Shown: positions 62,545 to 64,000 of the stretch, one piece after another
Position numbering within the stretch: the stretch's first letter is position 1
How the letters are laid out: each line of letters opens with the position of its first letter
Origin: Chrysomallon squamiferum
Taxonomy: Eukaryota > Animalia > Mollusca
Reading direction: 5' to 3'
Assembly: GCA_012295275.1 (NCBI GenBank)
Contig: CM022669.1
Location: 7,812,001 to 7,876,000 of the forward strand
DNA length: 64,000 nucleotides
Notes under the pieces: model-generated
The model's input: the letters and a program-made list of their open reading frames with translations, nothing else
The model's database searches: none
What the model was told of the DNA's origin: nothing
Translations under genes and position numbers: made by a program

Positions 62545-62995
62545 TTTTACATTATATGATTATAACTTTGTTGAAAAGTAATTTAAACTAAACAAAATAA
62601 TTTTTCTTATCTTATTTTAACATAGTTTAACTATAATTTAAACATGAAACTGCAGAATCATACATTATCTAATCATATAGTAATTTAGACAGGTAATTTT
62701 ACATTATCTTATTATAACAGTTTACCTGTCACATATTTGAACAGTAATTTAAACTGTTAAACATAATTTCACATTTTCTAATTATAATATACTTTAACCA
62801 TAAATTAAACAGAACTTCATAATTTCACATTATCTAATTATAATATACTTTAACCATAAATTAAACAGAACTTCATAATTTCACATTATCTAATTATAAC
62901 ATAGTTGTTAATTTAAACTGTTAAACATAATTTTACATCACCTAACTATAACATAGTTGAACAGTAATTTAATCTCTGTTACGTCATAATTAGAC
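62545..62995. repeat. About 56-70 bp degenerate minisatellite (CACATTATCTAATTATAATATACTTTAACCATAAATTAAACAGAACTTCATAATTT)
   Basis: Near-perfect copies at about 62770-62885 flanked by decayed ones. Confidence 0.8.
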
Positions 62996-63442
62996 ATTCT
63001 CATATTCCCATCAAGTTGGCTGTGTGTCACTAAATATGACAATTAACTCAGTTCTACAGAAGAAGGTAGATCATTTTCTTGTGCCATTGCCAAAGAAATT
63101 CCTCTTTCGTTAGAATTACAAGCAATTTTCTCCAACTTGAATGTCATGTAATGTAGTCTGCTTTTTGGCCTGTGTGAGTGCCAGCAGTAAATAATCATTG
63201 TGAGAGAGATAATATTGCACATCATGTGACAGATCTTCATTTCAGTCATTGTTCTGTACACTGGCAGTTGGCAGGTCAACAAATAAACACTAGAACCTAG
63301 ATACTATTGTTGTAAATGCACCGATAGCTTAGCTCGGATATCCCTTTTATATGTGCATGTATGGATTAATTTGGACTTTTTTTTTTCTTTATCTTTTATA
63401 TGTGTGTGTGTGTGTGTGTCACATAGAATTATATTACAACGT

Positions 63443-63730
63443 GTGTGATGGCAGTATTATGAGGTGTATGATAATAGTGTTATGAGGTGTATGATGATAG
63501 TGTGATGGTACTGTTATGAAGTGAATAATGTTAGTTTTATGAGGTATATGGTGGTAGTGTTGTGGGTGTTTGATGCTAGTGTTTTGATTGTATGATGGCA
63601 GTATTATGAAGTGTATTATGGTAGTGTTATGAAGTATATTATGGTAGTGTTATGAAGTGTATGATGGCAGTGTTATGAAGTGTAATGATGGTACTGTTTG
63701 GAGGTATACGATGTTAGTGTATGATATATG
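63443..63730. repeat. About 21-bp minisatellite (GTGTTATGAAGTGTATGATGG-like)
   Basis: More than 10 imperfect copies. Confidence 0.85.
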
Positions 63731-64000
63731 AAAGTATTCTACAATAAAACTAATCTATGATTTAATAAATGACTGATGATATACTGAAAGCTACATTAGA
63801 TCAGATTTGCAATTCAGAGTGGTTAAGTTTGTATGAAGAAACCTGCAGCTGACACAATGCAAATTACTCTTTTTTACTGGAAGCAAGAGATCTTTTCTTT
63901 TGGACATGACAGCACAATCCATGGTCTTTGAAGACCATTAGGTAGAATGGGAAACAGACAACTGGATAGCACTGGATACTGTAACTCAGAACCCACAATC

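Noticed and set aside
63043-63282. 79-aa minus-strand ORF in a slightly GC-richer patch
   Set aside because: No recognisable motif, and no convincing splice sites or start.

Overview
AT-rich, microsatellite-dense eukaryotic genomic DNA. Gene content and SINE remnants suggest an invertebrate, probably a mollusc (inference). Left to right: (1) the 3' half of an MCTP gene on + (12 coding exons plus a candidate 6-nt microexon); (2) two tandem, apparently intronless, highly divergent FoxQ2-like forkhead genes, both with His-to-Tyr in the recognition helix, the second split over two reading frames; (3) a complete Csk gene carrying two phase-incompatible, mutually exclusive SH2 exons, with clustered TGCATG (Rbfox) motifs upstream of the canonical one; (4) a minus-strand transmembrane Mab-21/cGAS-fold gene (MiD49/51- or ITPRIP-like, catalytic acids degenerate) with a 1-nt frameshift in a T7 run; (5) the first two exons of a divergently transcribed secreted Cys-rich protein behind a CRE-containing promoter. 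Three minisatellites copy real splice junctions and create arrays of decoy splice sites. All exon structures were derived by hand from GT-AG boundaries, phase continuity and protein sequences recalled from memory; no searches were run.
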